Source: a bacterium
GTDB taxonomy: Bacteria; Bacillota_I; Bacilli_A; RF39; UBA660
Length of the DNA: 64,000 nucleotides
Assembly (NCBI GenBank): GCA_044432745.1
Contig: JAWXUH010000001.1
Span: 28,540 to 92,539 of the forward strand
Reading direction: 5' to 3'
The notes beneath the pieces are model-generated. The model ran no database searches, was not told where the DNA came from, and saw only the letters and a program-made list of their open reading frames with translations. Every line of letters starts with the position of its first letter. Position 1 is the first letter of the stretch. Below, piece by piece: positions 1 through 8,615 of the stretch. A program made the translations under genes and the position numbers.

Positions 1-88
1 ACTTTGTTCTATTTTTAAAAAAATAAATAATGCCCCTACTATTGTAGATAATCCTGCAATTGTTGTTATTATAAACGCTTTAATCATA
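1..88 (-). CDS. Partial hypothetical membrane protein (only the N-terminus is in the window; the gene continues past position 1).
   Basis: The minus-strand ORF starts at ATG 86-88 and reads MIKAFIITTIAGLSTIVGALFIFLKIEQS..., a hydrophobic N-terminus. It runs off the window edge. I saw no clear RBS. Confidence 0.25.
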
Positions 89-140
89 ATTAAATATATT
101 AATTGATTCTTATTTTATGCAAAAAAAAAGCAAAGCTTTT

Positions 141-917
141 TTACTTAATTACTATTGTATCTATTATATCAAATATTTTTTCATTTGTATCAAACTCATA
201 ATCTCCAGTATAAGAAATAGTATAATTAATACCATCTTTAATTAGAACTATCATTATTGTATTAGTACTTATTTTTGTAATATATCCTTGGCAATCTCCA
301 TTTATTAGATTAGTTGCACCTAGATTAAGTGTTGATTCTATTAAATATCCTATTGAATAATTCATTTGAAGCTCATCCATTGAATTTAATATATTAGTTG
401 CAATACTCTTTTCAAAAGCATTAATTAAATCAACTTCATTATAAATTTCATTTTCATGTAAATAATTAGCTACTACTTGTTTTTGATTTTCTTTCATAAC
501 TAATTCTTTGTATGTTAAAGATACTTCCTTTGGATATTCTTCTAATATATCTCCCATAAAATTATTAAAAATATTAATAGTCATAGTTACTTCGTCAGAT
601 CCTGAATTTAATGTATAAACTCCTTGAGTATCGCTTTCAGATACTACACTATAATTTGTATATAAACTACTTATGTATAGATTTTTAAAATTTATACTAT
701 TTGCCTTAGTTGAACCCATTGAATATGTATGTTGTTGATTGAATAGTACATTTGTTGATATATTTTGTCTTAACGTAGCAGTATCATTATCTACATTATA
801 TATGTATGAGAAGTAATATCTATATCCTCCAAATGCAATAAATAATACAAGTATAAAATTAATCAATAATACCTTGTAATCAGTTTTTTCTACTTTTGTA
901 TTTAATCTTTTTTTCAT
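141..917 (-). CDS. Hypothetical protein with an N-terminal transmembrane anchor and an extracytoplasmic domain.
   Basis: The ORF track start at 926 is GTG. The ATG at 915-917 is preceded by AGGTGA with a 5-nt spacer. The N-terminus MKKRLNTKVEKTDYKVLLINFILVLFIAFGG is a signal anchor. No family recognised. Confidence 0.45.
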   Translation of the reverse strand: MKKRLNTKVEKTDYKVLLINFILVLFIAFGGYRYYFSYIYNVDNDTATLRQNISTNVLFNQQHTYSMGSTKANSINFKNLYISSLYTNYSVVSESDTQGVYTLNSGSDEVTMTINIFNNFMGDILEEYPKEVSLTYKELVMKENQKQVVANYLHENEIYNEVDLINAFEKSIATNILNSMDELQMNYSIGYLIESTLNLGATNLINGDCQGYITKISTNTIMIVLIKDGINYTISYTGDYEFDTNEKIFDIIDTIVIK

Positions 918-1058
918 TATAATCACCTATATATAATTTTATCACAAAATAACTTTTATTTCTTTAATTGTTTAATTACTATATATTTACTTTACATTTT
1001 ATTTATAATGTATTATTTTTTATAATATGTTCATAATAGTATTAGGAGGTAATGTTAT

Positions 1059-1205
1059 ATGAACAAATCGCAAAATTCGGCTAAAAATAATACTAATAGT
1101 AATACCAATAGTAATACTAATAATAGCCAAATGACACAATGTAAAAATAATAACATGAAGTCAAATTCAAGTTGTAATAATAATTCATGTGATGATTGTA
1201 GATAA
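1059..1205 (+). CDS. 48-aa Cys- and Asn/Ser/Thr-rich small protein: MNKSQNSAKNNTNSNTNSNTNNSQMTQCKNNNMKSNSSCNNNSCDDCR.
   Basis: Not in the ORF track because it is under 60 aa. A perfect SD AGGAGGT at 1044-1050 sits 8 nt before the ATG at 1059-1061. TATAAT boxes lie at 1004-1009 and 1021-1026. A hairpin plus T-tract terminator at 1233-1262 follows the TAA at 1203-1205. The four Cys are spaced C-x12-C-x4-C-x2-C. Confidence 0.45.
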   Translation: MNKSQNSAKNNTNSNTNSNTNNSQMTQCKNNNMKSNSSCNNNSCDDCR

Positions 1206-1232
1206 ATAATTTATCTCTTAATTAAAAAAAAT

Positions 1233-1262
1233 AGTAAATAATTATGTATTTACTATTTTTTT
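1233..1262. terminator. Rho-independent terminator, possibly bidirectional, between the small peptide ORF and the 3' end of the xerD-like gene.
   Basis: Inverted repeat agtaaata / tatttact with a 6-nt loop, followed by a T7 run on the plus strand and preceded by an A8 run that serves the minus strand. Confidence 0.5.
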
Positions 1263-2119
1263 GCATGAGGATGTAAGTTATAATCATTTTTCATCTTTTT
1301 ACTTTCTAGATGAGTATATATTTCAGTAGTTACTAAATTTTCATGTCCTAATAATTCTTGTATTATTCTAATATCAGCTCCATTATTTAATAAGTGTGTT
1401 GCAAATGAATGTCTTAATGTATGAGGTGATATTTCTTTTCTTATTCTTGCTTCAATAGCACGTTGTTTAACTATTTTAAAAAAACCTTGTCTTGTCATCT
1501 CATTTCCATGATGATTAATAAAAGCATAACTAGATAATTTTTTTTTAAGAACTTCTATTCTATGATCATTTATCCAAATTTTCAAATACTTTAAAGCATA
1601 GTCATTGATAGGTACAAATCTTTCTTTACTACCCTTTCCCATTATTTTTATTACACCTTGATTGTAATCGATATGCTTAGTTTCAATATTTAATAACTCA
1701 CTTATTCTAATTCCTGTTGCATACAATACTTCTAACATTGCCTTATTTCTATAATCATAGTGTGTTTTTGGATTCATATCTAGTAAAGAATCTATTTCAG
1801 TTACACTTAAATAGTTAGGTAATTTCTTTGGTATTTTAGGATTTTTAATAGAACTTACAGGATTTTCTCTTATAATTGATTCATTATATAGGAAACTAAA
1901 AAAAGAATTTAAAACAGTTAAATAATGTGCTTTAGTTTTTGGAGATTTATCTAAATTATATATAAAATTTTGTATATCTTCTTTTGTTATTTGGTCTATT
2001 TTTTTCTTGATTAATATCGAAAATACAGTAATATCATTTTTATATGATAAATAAGTATTGTTACTTAATTTTTTTTCAAATTTAAGATAATCTAAATATA
2101 ATGTTATTTCTTTTTCCAT
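1253..2119 (-). CDS. xerD: Tyrosine site-specific recombinase of the XerD/XerC type.
   Basis: 288 aa. The C-terminal catalytic region reads RHSFATHLLNNGADIRIIQELLGHENLVTTEIYTHL, the R..H..R..Y signature of the phage-integrase/Xer family. N-terminal core-binding domain is present. RBS AAAAGGATAAAG precedes the ATG. Confidence 0.75.
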   Translation of the reverse strand: MEKEITLYLDYLKFEKKLSNNTYLSYKNDITVFSILIKKKIDQITKEDIQNFIYNLDKSPKTKAHYLTVLNSFFSFLYNESIIRENPVSSIKNPKIPKKLPNYLSVTEIDSLLDMNPKTHYDYRNKAMLEVLYATGIRISELLNIETKHIDYNQGVIKIMGKGSKERFVPINDYALKYLKIWINDHRIEVLKKKLSSYAFINHHGNEMTRQGFFKIVKQRAIEARIRKEISPHTLRHSFATHLLNNGADIRIIQELLGHENLVTTEIYTHLESKKMKNDYNLHPHAKK

Positions 2120-2217
2120 ACTTTATCCTTTTTTTAATCGTATCATATTTATAAAATAAAATAAAGATTGTTTTACAGAATATAGCAAATTTGATATAAT
2201 TACATTGGAGATTTTAT

Positions 2218-3420
2218 ATGGAAATTTTATCAGATAAACTTAGACCTACTTCTATGAATGATATTATAGGTCAAAAACATTTAGTTGGTGAAAATATGAT
2301 TATTGCTAATTTAATTAATAATAAGAAATTCTTTTCTACCATATTTTATGGAAAACCTGGAGTAGGAAAAACTAGTTTTGCTAATGTTATAGTTAATGAA
2401 CTTGGTAAACCATACAAATTTATGAATGCTGTTATAAATAATAAAGCGGATTTTGATATAGCTATAAAAGAAGCTAGAATGCATGGTGAATTAATTTTAA
2501 TTATAGATGAAATTCATAGGATGAATAAGGATAAACAAGACATATTACTTCCTTTGCTTGAAAGTGGTTTAATTATATTAATTGGTTTAACTACAAGTAA
2601 TCCTTATCATAAAATAAATCCAGCTATAAGAAGTAGATGTCATATTTTTGAACTTAAAGATTTAACGGTAGATGATGTTATATTAGGTATTAATAAAGCA
2701 ATATCGACTATTGAAGATGTAAATATTGATGAAGATACTATCAATTTTATTGCTAATTTATCTAACGGAGATCTTAGATATGCTTACAACTTATTAGAGC
2801 TTGCTTATTATTCTAAATCATCAAAAGTTATTGATATAGAATTAATTAAAAAAATAAATTCTAAACCAGTTATACATAGTGATTATAACGAAACAAGTCA
2901 TTATGATTTACTATCTGCTTTACAAAAATCATTAAGAGGAAGTGATGTTGATGCATCACTACATTATCTTGCTAGATTACTTGTTATAGAAGATTTTGAT
3001 AGCCTTAATAGAAGACTTGCTGTTATATGTTATGAAGATATTGGTATGGCCAACCCTGGTATAGCATCTAAGCTTGAAACAGCTATTAATTTTGCTAATT
3101 TAGTTGGTATGCCTGAGTCTAGAATTATATATGGACAAATAGTTACTGAAATGGCATTATCTCCTAAGAGTAATAGTTCTTATAATGCTATTAATACCGC
3201 TTTAAATGATGTTTTAAAAGGATTAACAGGTGACATACCTGATAATATAAAATTTACTAATACTACTTATAAATATCCTCATGATTATCCCAATAGTTAT
3301 GTTAAGCAAAATTATATGCCTGATAAATTATTGAATCGTAAATATTATTTTCCTAAAGATAATTTAATGGAAAATAATTTAAATAAAATATATAAACAAA
3401 TGAAAGGTGAAAAAAAATGA
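2218..3420 (+). CDS. rarA: Replication-associated recombination protein A (RarA/MgsA AAA+ ATPase).
   Basis: Walker A GKPGVGKTS and Walker B ILIIDEIHR are present. The RarA-specific C-terminal region with LQKSLRGSDVDASLHYLARLL is also present. Confidence 0.8.
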   Translation: MEILSDKLRPTSMNDIIGQKHLVGENMIIANLINNKKFFSTIFYGKPGVGKTSFANVIVNELGKPYKFMNAVINNKADFDIAIKEARMHGELILIIDEIHRMNKDKQDILLPLLESGLIILIGLTTSNPYHKINPAIRSRCHIFELKDLTVDDVILGINKAISTIEDVNIDEDTINFIANLSNGDLRYAYNLLELAYYSKSSKVIDIELIKKINSKPVIHSDYNETSHYDLLSALQKSLRGSDVDASLHYLARLLVIEDFDSLNRRLAVICYEDIGMANPGIASKLETAINFANLVGMPESRIIYGQIVTEMALSPKSNSSYNAINTALNDVLKGLTGDIPDNIKFTNTTYKYPHDYPNSYVKQNYMPDKLLNRKYYFPKDNLMENNLNKIYKQMKGEKK

Positions 3421-4370
3421 ATATATCTGTAATTGGAGTTGGAGTATATAGTTTAGCTATTACTTCTGCCCTACTTAAAAATAAAAATAATATAAAAATA
3501 TGGTCTCACAGTAACGACTTAGCAAATGAATTTAACAATACAGGAATGCTTAGAAGTATAATTGATGTACCACTAGATGGAGTTAGTTTAGTTAGTGAAA
3601 ACTTGAGTCAAGTTTTACTGAATTCTGACATAATATATGTTGTAACTACAAGTGAACATTTTACTAATATGATTAATGAAATTAAACAAGTGTATAATGG
3701 TTGTCCTGTTTGTATACTTACAAAAGGAATAGATAATAAAACAGGAGAATTTTTTTCAAATTTAGCATCTGATATTTTAAATACAAATAATATTGCTATA
3801 TTATCTGGTCCAGGTTTTGCTAATGATATTATAAACAACGATATTATTTCACTTACCTTAGCATCTAGTAGTGCTGATGTAATTAATAAAGTTTCTACTA
3901 GTATTGCTAGTGAAAAATTAATACTAGATTATACAAAGGATATAGTAGGATTACAATTATGTAACTCAGTTAAAAATATAGCAGCTATAGCATCAGGAAT
4001 GCTTGAATCTTTAGATTATACTAATTCTTCAAATGCTTTTTTAATTACTAAGGTTACAAATGATCTTATGACATTACTAGGTAATTATGGTTGTGAAGAA
4101 AATACTGTACTACTTGCAGGAGGACTTGGAGATTTAATACTTACATGTTCAAGTGATAAGAGTAGAAATTATCTTTTTGGTAAGAATTTTATTAATAATA
4201 GAACTTTGAATACAAATGATACTGTAGAAGGTGTTTGCGCTCTTAATTCTTTATATCATTCATTAAAATCAAAAGATATAAAAATGAATTTAATAGATAG
4301 TCTTTATGAAATTATATATAATTATAAAGATGTAGATTTATTAATAGATTATTTATCAAAAAAAGAATAG
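3417..4370 (+). CDS. GpsA-like NAD(P)-dependent glycerol-3-phosphate dehydrogenase (diverged).
   Basis: N-terminal Rossmann ISVIGVGVYSLAITSAL. C-terminal GLGDLILTCSSDKSRNYLFGKNF resembles the GpsA motif GLGDL.LTC...SRN...G. The start overlaps the rarA stop (ATGA). Confidence 0.5.
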   Translation: MNISVIGVGVYSLAITSALLKNKNNIKIWSHSNDLANEFNNTGMLRSIIDVPLDGVSLVSENLSQVLLNSDIIYVVTTSEHFTNMINEIKQVYNGCPVCILTKGIDNKTGEFFSNLASDILNTNNIAILSGPGFANDIINNDIISLTLASSSADVINKVSTSIASEKLILDYTKDIVGLQLCNSVKNIAAIASGMLESLDYTNSSNAFLITKVTNDLMTLLGNYGCEENTVLLAGGLGDLILTCSSDKSRNYLFGKNFINNRTLNTNDTVEGVCALNSLYHSLKSKDIKMNLIDSLYEIIYNYKDVDLLIDYLSKKE

Positions 4371-4374
4371 TTTC

Positions 4375-5046
4375 CTATTCTTTTTGTTTTATTACATCAT
4401 TTATTATGTAGTTTGCTAAATGTATTCCTGCAGTATTTGTAACAGGAAATATAGACGCTATTTTTTTATCAATTCTTGGTAATTCAGTACTAGATACTAC
4501 TGGTATTTTTGAATTTATATTATTTCTTTTACATAAAAATCTTAATTTTTTAGCAAGTGGATCATTTAGTGTTCTATCTAATCTAGATATTCCTATTTTA
4601 CTTAGATCAACTCTATTTCCCATCCCCATTGAAGAAATTATTTTTATATTGTTTTCAGTAGCATATTTATATAATTCTAATTTTGTATCTACTGAATCAC
4701 ATGAATCTATTATGTAATCAAAAGTACCTATATCTTGTATATTATCTTTATCTAAAAAAATATCAAGAGCTTTTATATTTAAATCTTTATTTATTTCTAA
4801 CATTTTCCTTTTAGCTACTTCAACTTTTTTAAGACCTATACTTAAATTATCACTTAATATCTGTCTATTTAAATTACTTATTTCAAATGTATCATAGTCT
4901 ATTATAGTTATATTAGAAAATCCTGTTCTTACTAGTGCATTAAGTGCTATACCACCTACTCCACCTATTCCTACTATTAATATTTTTTGTTTTTTAATTT
5001 CGTTAATAGTTTCTTCTCCTAATAACAATTCAGTTCTTTCAAACAT
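4375..5046 (-). CDS. tcdA: tRNA threonylcarbamoyladenosine dehydratase (TcdA/CsdL, ThiF/MoeB family).
   Basis: Nucleotide-binding motif KILIVGIGGVGGIALNALVRTGFSNITIIDYDTFEISNLNRQ. The ORF track starts at 5088. The internal ATG at 5044-5046 (MFERTELL) follows AAAGGAAAT and leaves the roughly 22-aa spacing before the GxGxxG seen in E. coli TcdA. Confidence 0.65.
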   Translation of the reverse strand: MFERTELLLGEETINEIKKQKILIVGIGGVGGIALNALVRTGFSNITIIDYDTFEISNLNRQILSDNLSIGLKKVEVAKRKMLEINKDLNIKALDIFLDKDNIQDIGTFDYIIDSCDSVDTKLELYKYATENNIKIISSMGMGNRVDLSKIGISRLDRTLNDPLAKKLRFLCKRNNINSKIPVVSSTELPRIDKKIASIFPVTNTAGIHLANYIINDVIKQKE

Positions 5047-5305
5047 AATAAAATTTCCTTTCATTAAAAAATCTAAAGATGATACCATAGATAAGCCCGC
5101 TTTCGCGAGGTGGTAGAATACATATTAAATTTTGGATCCTAGTATACTTAATGAACTAGTATTCAAACCCATTTAATAATTAATTCCCCAAATATCTATC
5201 TTAGTCGGTTTATTGTAGTATCACCTTTAGATATATTTATTATAACACATTATTTTTTAATTATGTATTCTTATTTATTATTTTGTGTAAAATTTTTATA
5301 AAAAA

Positions 5306-5935
5306 TTATTTAACACCAAGTTCTTTTAATTTTTCTAAAATAGATTTAGAACCGTTTACTATAAAATTGTCTATAGCTTCAATTGTTAATATACTGTAAT
5401 CATTACCTTCTTTTAATTCTTTATTTTTAAACGATTGTATCAACAAATTTAATTTACTGTAGTCTATTTCATCCATTTCAGTTTGTATATTTTTAGATAC
5501 TTCCTCTAGCCTATTTAAATCAAAATTATATTTATTAAATAAGTAATAATCAATCAAGTCAAAATCGTGATAAAATACACTTTTTAAATCATTGTATTGA
5601 TAATTTGATGGCAAATTTTCTTTACTTAAATAAATATCCATAAATTTTTTTATATAGTTTGGTCCGTCTATATCTCTCCATATATGATCTGTCAATAAAT
5701 GAACTAAATAACCTAAATTATATGGATTATCTAACTGATTTCTATATTTTTCCATAAAAACATTATATTTAATATCATTTGAATATCCGTCATAAAAATG
5801 TGACTTGTGATTAGATATTTTTAATACATTTGTTATATCTGGTGCAACATTTCCTATTAAAAATTCTTCTTCATCTACTTTTAATGTTTTATTTATTTCT
5901 AATCCTACTGCTAAATGTATATAACTAGCGGCCAT
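5306..5935 (-). CDS. Cytoplasmic zinc-dependent phospholipase C family protein (PF00882-like).
   Basis: 209 aa with no signal peptide. SYIHLAVG, SHFYDGY and LVHLLTDHIW align with the Zn-ligand motifs SHLW, SHFYDPD and LHYLGDVNQPMH of Bacillus cereus PLC. RBS CAGGAGTT precedes the ATG. The gene abuts the upstream membrane gene with a 2-nt gap. Confidence 0.5.
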   Translation of the reverse strand: MAASYIHLAVGLEINKTLKVDEEEFLIGNVAPDITNVLKISNHKSHFYDGYSNDIKYNVFMEKYRNQLDNPYNLGYLVHLLTDHIWRDIDGPNYIKKFMDIYLSKENLPSNYQYNDLKSVFYHDFDLIDYYLFNKYNFDLNRLEEVSKNIQTEMDEIDYSKLNLLIQSFKNKELKEGNDYSILTIEAIDNFIVNGSKSILEKLKELGVK

Positions 5936-5937
5936 AA

Positions 5938-6486
5938 TTAACTCCTGTCTATTAATTTATTATTTTTATTCTTTAACTTCTTAAGCATCATATAACATGT
6001 AGTGTTATATATAATTATTACAAAAGATAGCTCAATTAATAAAACTATTGAACATAAAAACGATACATGCATGTTTACTGTTCTATTACTTAGCATATAA
6101 TTAAATATAAAACTATATATTAAAAACAATTTTATATATAATCTTGATATATTAAATGCTTCTTTTTTTAATCCCATTGCTATAATGTATTTTTGTAATG
6201 ATATTGAAAATTTATGTGATACTATAATTATTAGTAATAGTATAATATTGTTTATACCATCAAACATATAAAATGAATCTAATACTGATAAATACATTAA
6301 AAGAAAACATATTATAAAATAAAATACGTATTCTATAATATTATACTTTTTTTGCTCTCCGTGCTTTTGAATGAGGAAAGCTTTTAGTGTACCAAATAAC
6401 ATTACAAAAGGTAATGATATTATTACATATATAAACATTATAAATAACATTAAACATAAAATATCTGTATTTGACATTGTAAACAT
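5938..6486 (-). CDS. Small polytopic membrane protein (4-5 predicted TM helices), hypothetical.
   Basis: 182 aa and strongly hydrophobic. RBS AAGAGGT precedes the ATG and a TATAAT lies upstream. It forms a tight two-gene unit with the PLC-family gene. Confidence 0.45.
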   Translation of the reverse strand: MFTMSNTDILCLMLFIMFIYVIISLPFVMLFGTLKAFLIQKHGEQKKYNIIEYVFYFIICFLLMYLSVLDSFYMFDGINNIILLLIIIVSHKFSISLQKYIIAMGLKKEAFNISRLYIKLFLIYSFIFNYMLSNRTVNMHVSFLCSIVLLIELSFVIIIYNTTCYMMLKKLKNKNNKLIDRS

Positions 6487-6537
6487 AATAAACCTCTTTT
6501 TCTTTTTAATTATATCATATTTTTTAAACTAGATATT

Positions 6538-6572
6538 TAATAAAATAAAAAAATCAATATATTATTGATTTT
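6538..6572 (-). terminator. Rho-independent terminator overlapping the stop codon of the HerA-like gene.
   Basis: On the minus strand the hairpin aaatcaata-at-atattgattt is followed by TTTTTTATTTTA. Confidence 0.45.
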
Positions 6573-8478
6573 CTTCTGTATTTGTACTATTTGCATTGTT
6601 AAATTTAAATTCAAGTTCTCTACCTTCTTCTTCGCTTGAACTATGTAATACACCATTAAAATCTGGTTTTTTCTCAAATTTAAATTCAAGTTCTCTTGCT
6701 TCAGTATATTGATCTTCTTTAATTTTAAATACGTTTTTCCATACATTTACAATATCACAACTTGATGAGAACGGTGCTGGATCAGGTAAATCTAATTTTA
6801 TTATCATTGGAATTTTAAATGCTGTTCCAAATCCTACACATGTTCCTGGTTGTAATGTTTTTTGTTTTCCTATAATATCTGATGACATTCCAGGAAGCAT
6901 TTCTTCAATATATTTAAGATCCAGTGGATGTGTCATTTTGAAGATTAAGAAGTTTGATACCTGTGAAATAACTGTATCTGAAATTTCTACTGGACGCTGA
7001 CTTATAATGTTTAATAATACACCATATTTTCTTCCTTCTTTAGCTATTCTTTCAAATATATTATATCCTATCAAGAATACATCATTATCTTTTTGAACGT
7101 ATCTATGTGCTTCTTCTAAGAATATGTGGAACGGTACTTGTGCTCTATCATCAGTAGTTTTACCATATTCAAATAACATTCTAGAAATAATCTTAACTAA
7201 TACTTTTGCTATTATATCGTCTACTTCTTCAAAGTTAATATTTATAATTTGATTTTTCTTTTCTCCAGTATGTATTAATGAATTTATATATCCTGGTAAT
7301 GTCATACTTTCTTTTGTAAATACTGGTGCTATGTTACTTCTTATTATTGAATTTAATCTAACTTTTAATATTATTGCTACATCATATAATGTTTCATTAT
7401 GTAAGAATCCTCCACTTATTAATGTGAATTCTAATGCATTTTTAAATTCTATTAAATCGAAGTTAACATGTTTACTTATTTGCATGTCTTCAACTGAATC
7501 ATCAATGAATCCTAGTATATAGTCAGTTACTAATACAGATTCACCAAATAATCCTCTTGAATCTACTTCAAAACATTCACTGAATGTTCTTGTATATCCC
7601 ATACCTGGTATAACTGTATCAAAATTAAATTCTAGTGTACTACAAACTTCTATAATTTTAAAAATTTCATTCTTTTTAGTTTCTGTTGTTTGACTAGAAA
7701 ACATAACAGCTATTAAAGCTTTTGCTATTAAGTGATTTTTATATTTTAATGATTCTTTAGTTTCCTGTGCAAATATTCTTGCTAACTTAATTGTATTTTC
7801 TATAATTGTTATTTGTGAATGTGTCTCTACACTTAGTAATAATGTCCAGTCATCTACTGTCATTAAATTAAGTGGTATTTTTAAATCAAAATCTGTTGCA
7901 TCTGTGTGATTTGTTGTTATGAATTTATAACTATAATCTTTATTGTAATCACCTATTTTTGTAAATGCTGTTTTGTACTCTCCAAATGAATCGAATATGA
8001 AAACATTAGATCCTTGTGAAGATATTTTACTATTATAAAATATATTTTGAAATATTCTTGATGTTCCGTATGATTTACCAGAACCTGAATTACCAAATAT
8101 TGCAAGGTGATTTGCAAATAAATTATCTAATGCAGGACATATTTTAAATCCTTTGTATGTTGCATGATCACCTAATACTAGTGATTTACCATCATCTTGC
8201 CCTACTAATAGAGATAACTCTGTAGAATTTATAATTCTTATTTTACTAGATAAATAAGGTTTACTAAGTACCCCATTTAAATATCTATTATCTAGGAATT
8301 CTCCTAATAATCTAATTTTAATTATTGTTTTATCAAGCTCGAATATTTCTCCTAATATTCTTTGATTTTCATTTTCAAATATAACATGTATATTAAGCAT
8401 ATCTGCTGCAGCATCACTTGTACTTTTATTTTCAACGTATGCTTCATTTGCTCCCATGTATAAAATTTTTCCAAACAT
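6562..8478 (-). CDS. HerA-family ATPase (DUF87; N-terminal HAS-barrel plus FtsK/HerA-type RecA-like ATPase) with a C-terminal repeated RELEFKF tail.
   Basis: Walker A AIFGNSGSGKSYGT. HerA/FtsK-type Walker B FHIFLEEAHRYV. N-terminal barrel segment ILGEIFELDKTIIKIRLLGEF. The ORF track start at 8532 is extended. The ATG at 8476-8478 (MFGKILY) sits 8 nt after AAGAGGA. The tail ARELEFKF...GRELEFKF is encoded by a 21-bp direct repeat. Confidence 0.7.
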   Translation of the reverse strand: MFGKILYMGANEAYVENKSTSDAAADMLNIHVIFENENQRILGEIFELDKTIIKIRLLGEFLDNRYLNGVLSKPYLSSKIRIINSTELSLLVGQDDGKSLVLGDHATYKGFKICPALDNLFANHLAIFGNSGSGKSYGTSRIFQNIFYNSKISSQGSNVFIFDSFGEYKTAFTKIGDYNKDYSYKFITTNHTDATDFDLKIPLNLMTVDDWTLLLSVETHSQITIIENTIKLARIFAQETKESLKYKNHLIAKALIAVMFSSQTTETKKNEIFKIIEVCSTLEFNFDTVIPGMGYTRTFSECFEVDSRGLFGESVLVTDYILGFIDDSVEDMQISKHVNFDLIEFKNALEFTLISGGFLHNETLYDVAIILKVRLNSIIRSNIAPVFTKESMTLPGYINSLIHTGEKKNQIININFEEVDDIIAKVLVKIISRMLFEYGKTTDDRAQVPFHIFLEEAHRYVQKDNDVFLIGYNIFERIAKEGRKYGVLLNIISQRPVEISDTVISQVSNFLIFKMTHPLDLKYIEEMLPGMSSDIIGKQKTLQPGTCVGFGTAFKIPMIIKLDLPDPAPFSSSCDIVNVWKNVFKIKEDQYTEARELEFKFEKKPDFNGVLHSSSEEEGRELEFKFNNANSTNTEENQ

Positions 8479-8615
8479 TTTTACCATCCTCTTTACTATA
8501 CACAGTTTATCACAAATATGAATCTTATTCAATAAAAAAAATTTAAAATACTAAACTAATTTTCAATAAATGATATTAGTTTTTCTTTTAAATTATTTTA
8601 ATTTTTATTTAATTA

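Noticed and set aside
1059-1205. The small Cys-rich peptide as a SCIFF (six-Cys-in-forty-five) radical SAM precursor
   Set aside because: It has 4 Cys, not 6, and lacks the SCIFF Gly-rich core. The only radical SAM gene is 60 kb away, so no maturase link can be drawn from this window.
3608-3838. A 76-aa minus-strand ORF inside the gpsA-like gene
   Set aside because: It lies wholly antisense within a well-supported CDS. It is low-complexity and hydrophobic because of AT-richness.
4375-5088. Extended N-termini of several ORF-track entries (tcdA, def, era, valS, rbgA, MATE, MarR, sigG, HerA-like)
   Set aside because: The track uses GTG/TTG or earliest starts. In each case a downstream ATG with a properly spaced SD and family-consistent N-terminus is the more probable start.
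7331-7522. Plus-strand ORFs antisense to the HerA-like and uvrC genes (7331..7522, 8635..8847)
   Set aside because: These are antisense frames of strong CDSs with no RBS.
6562-8532. The HerA-like ATPase as a conjugative VirB4/TraC-type ATPase
   Set aside because: There are no relaxase, coupling-protein or other T4SS genes nearby. The N-terminal HAS barrel and the LEEAH Walker B fit HerA better.
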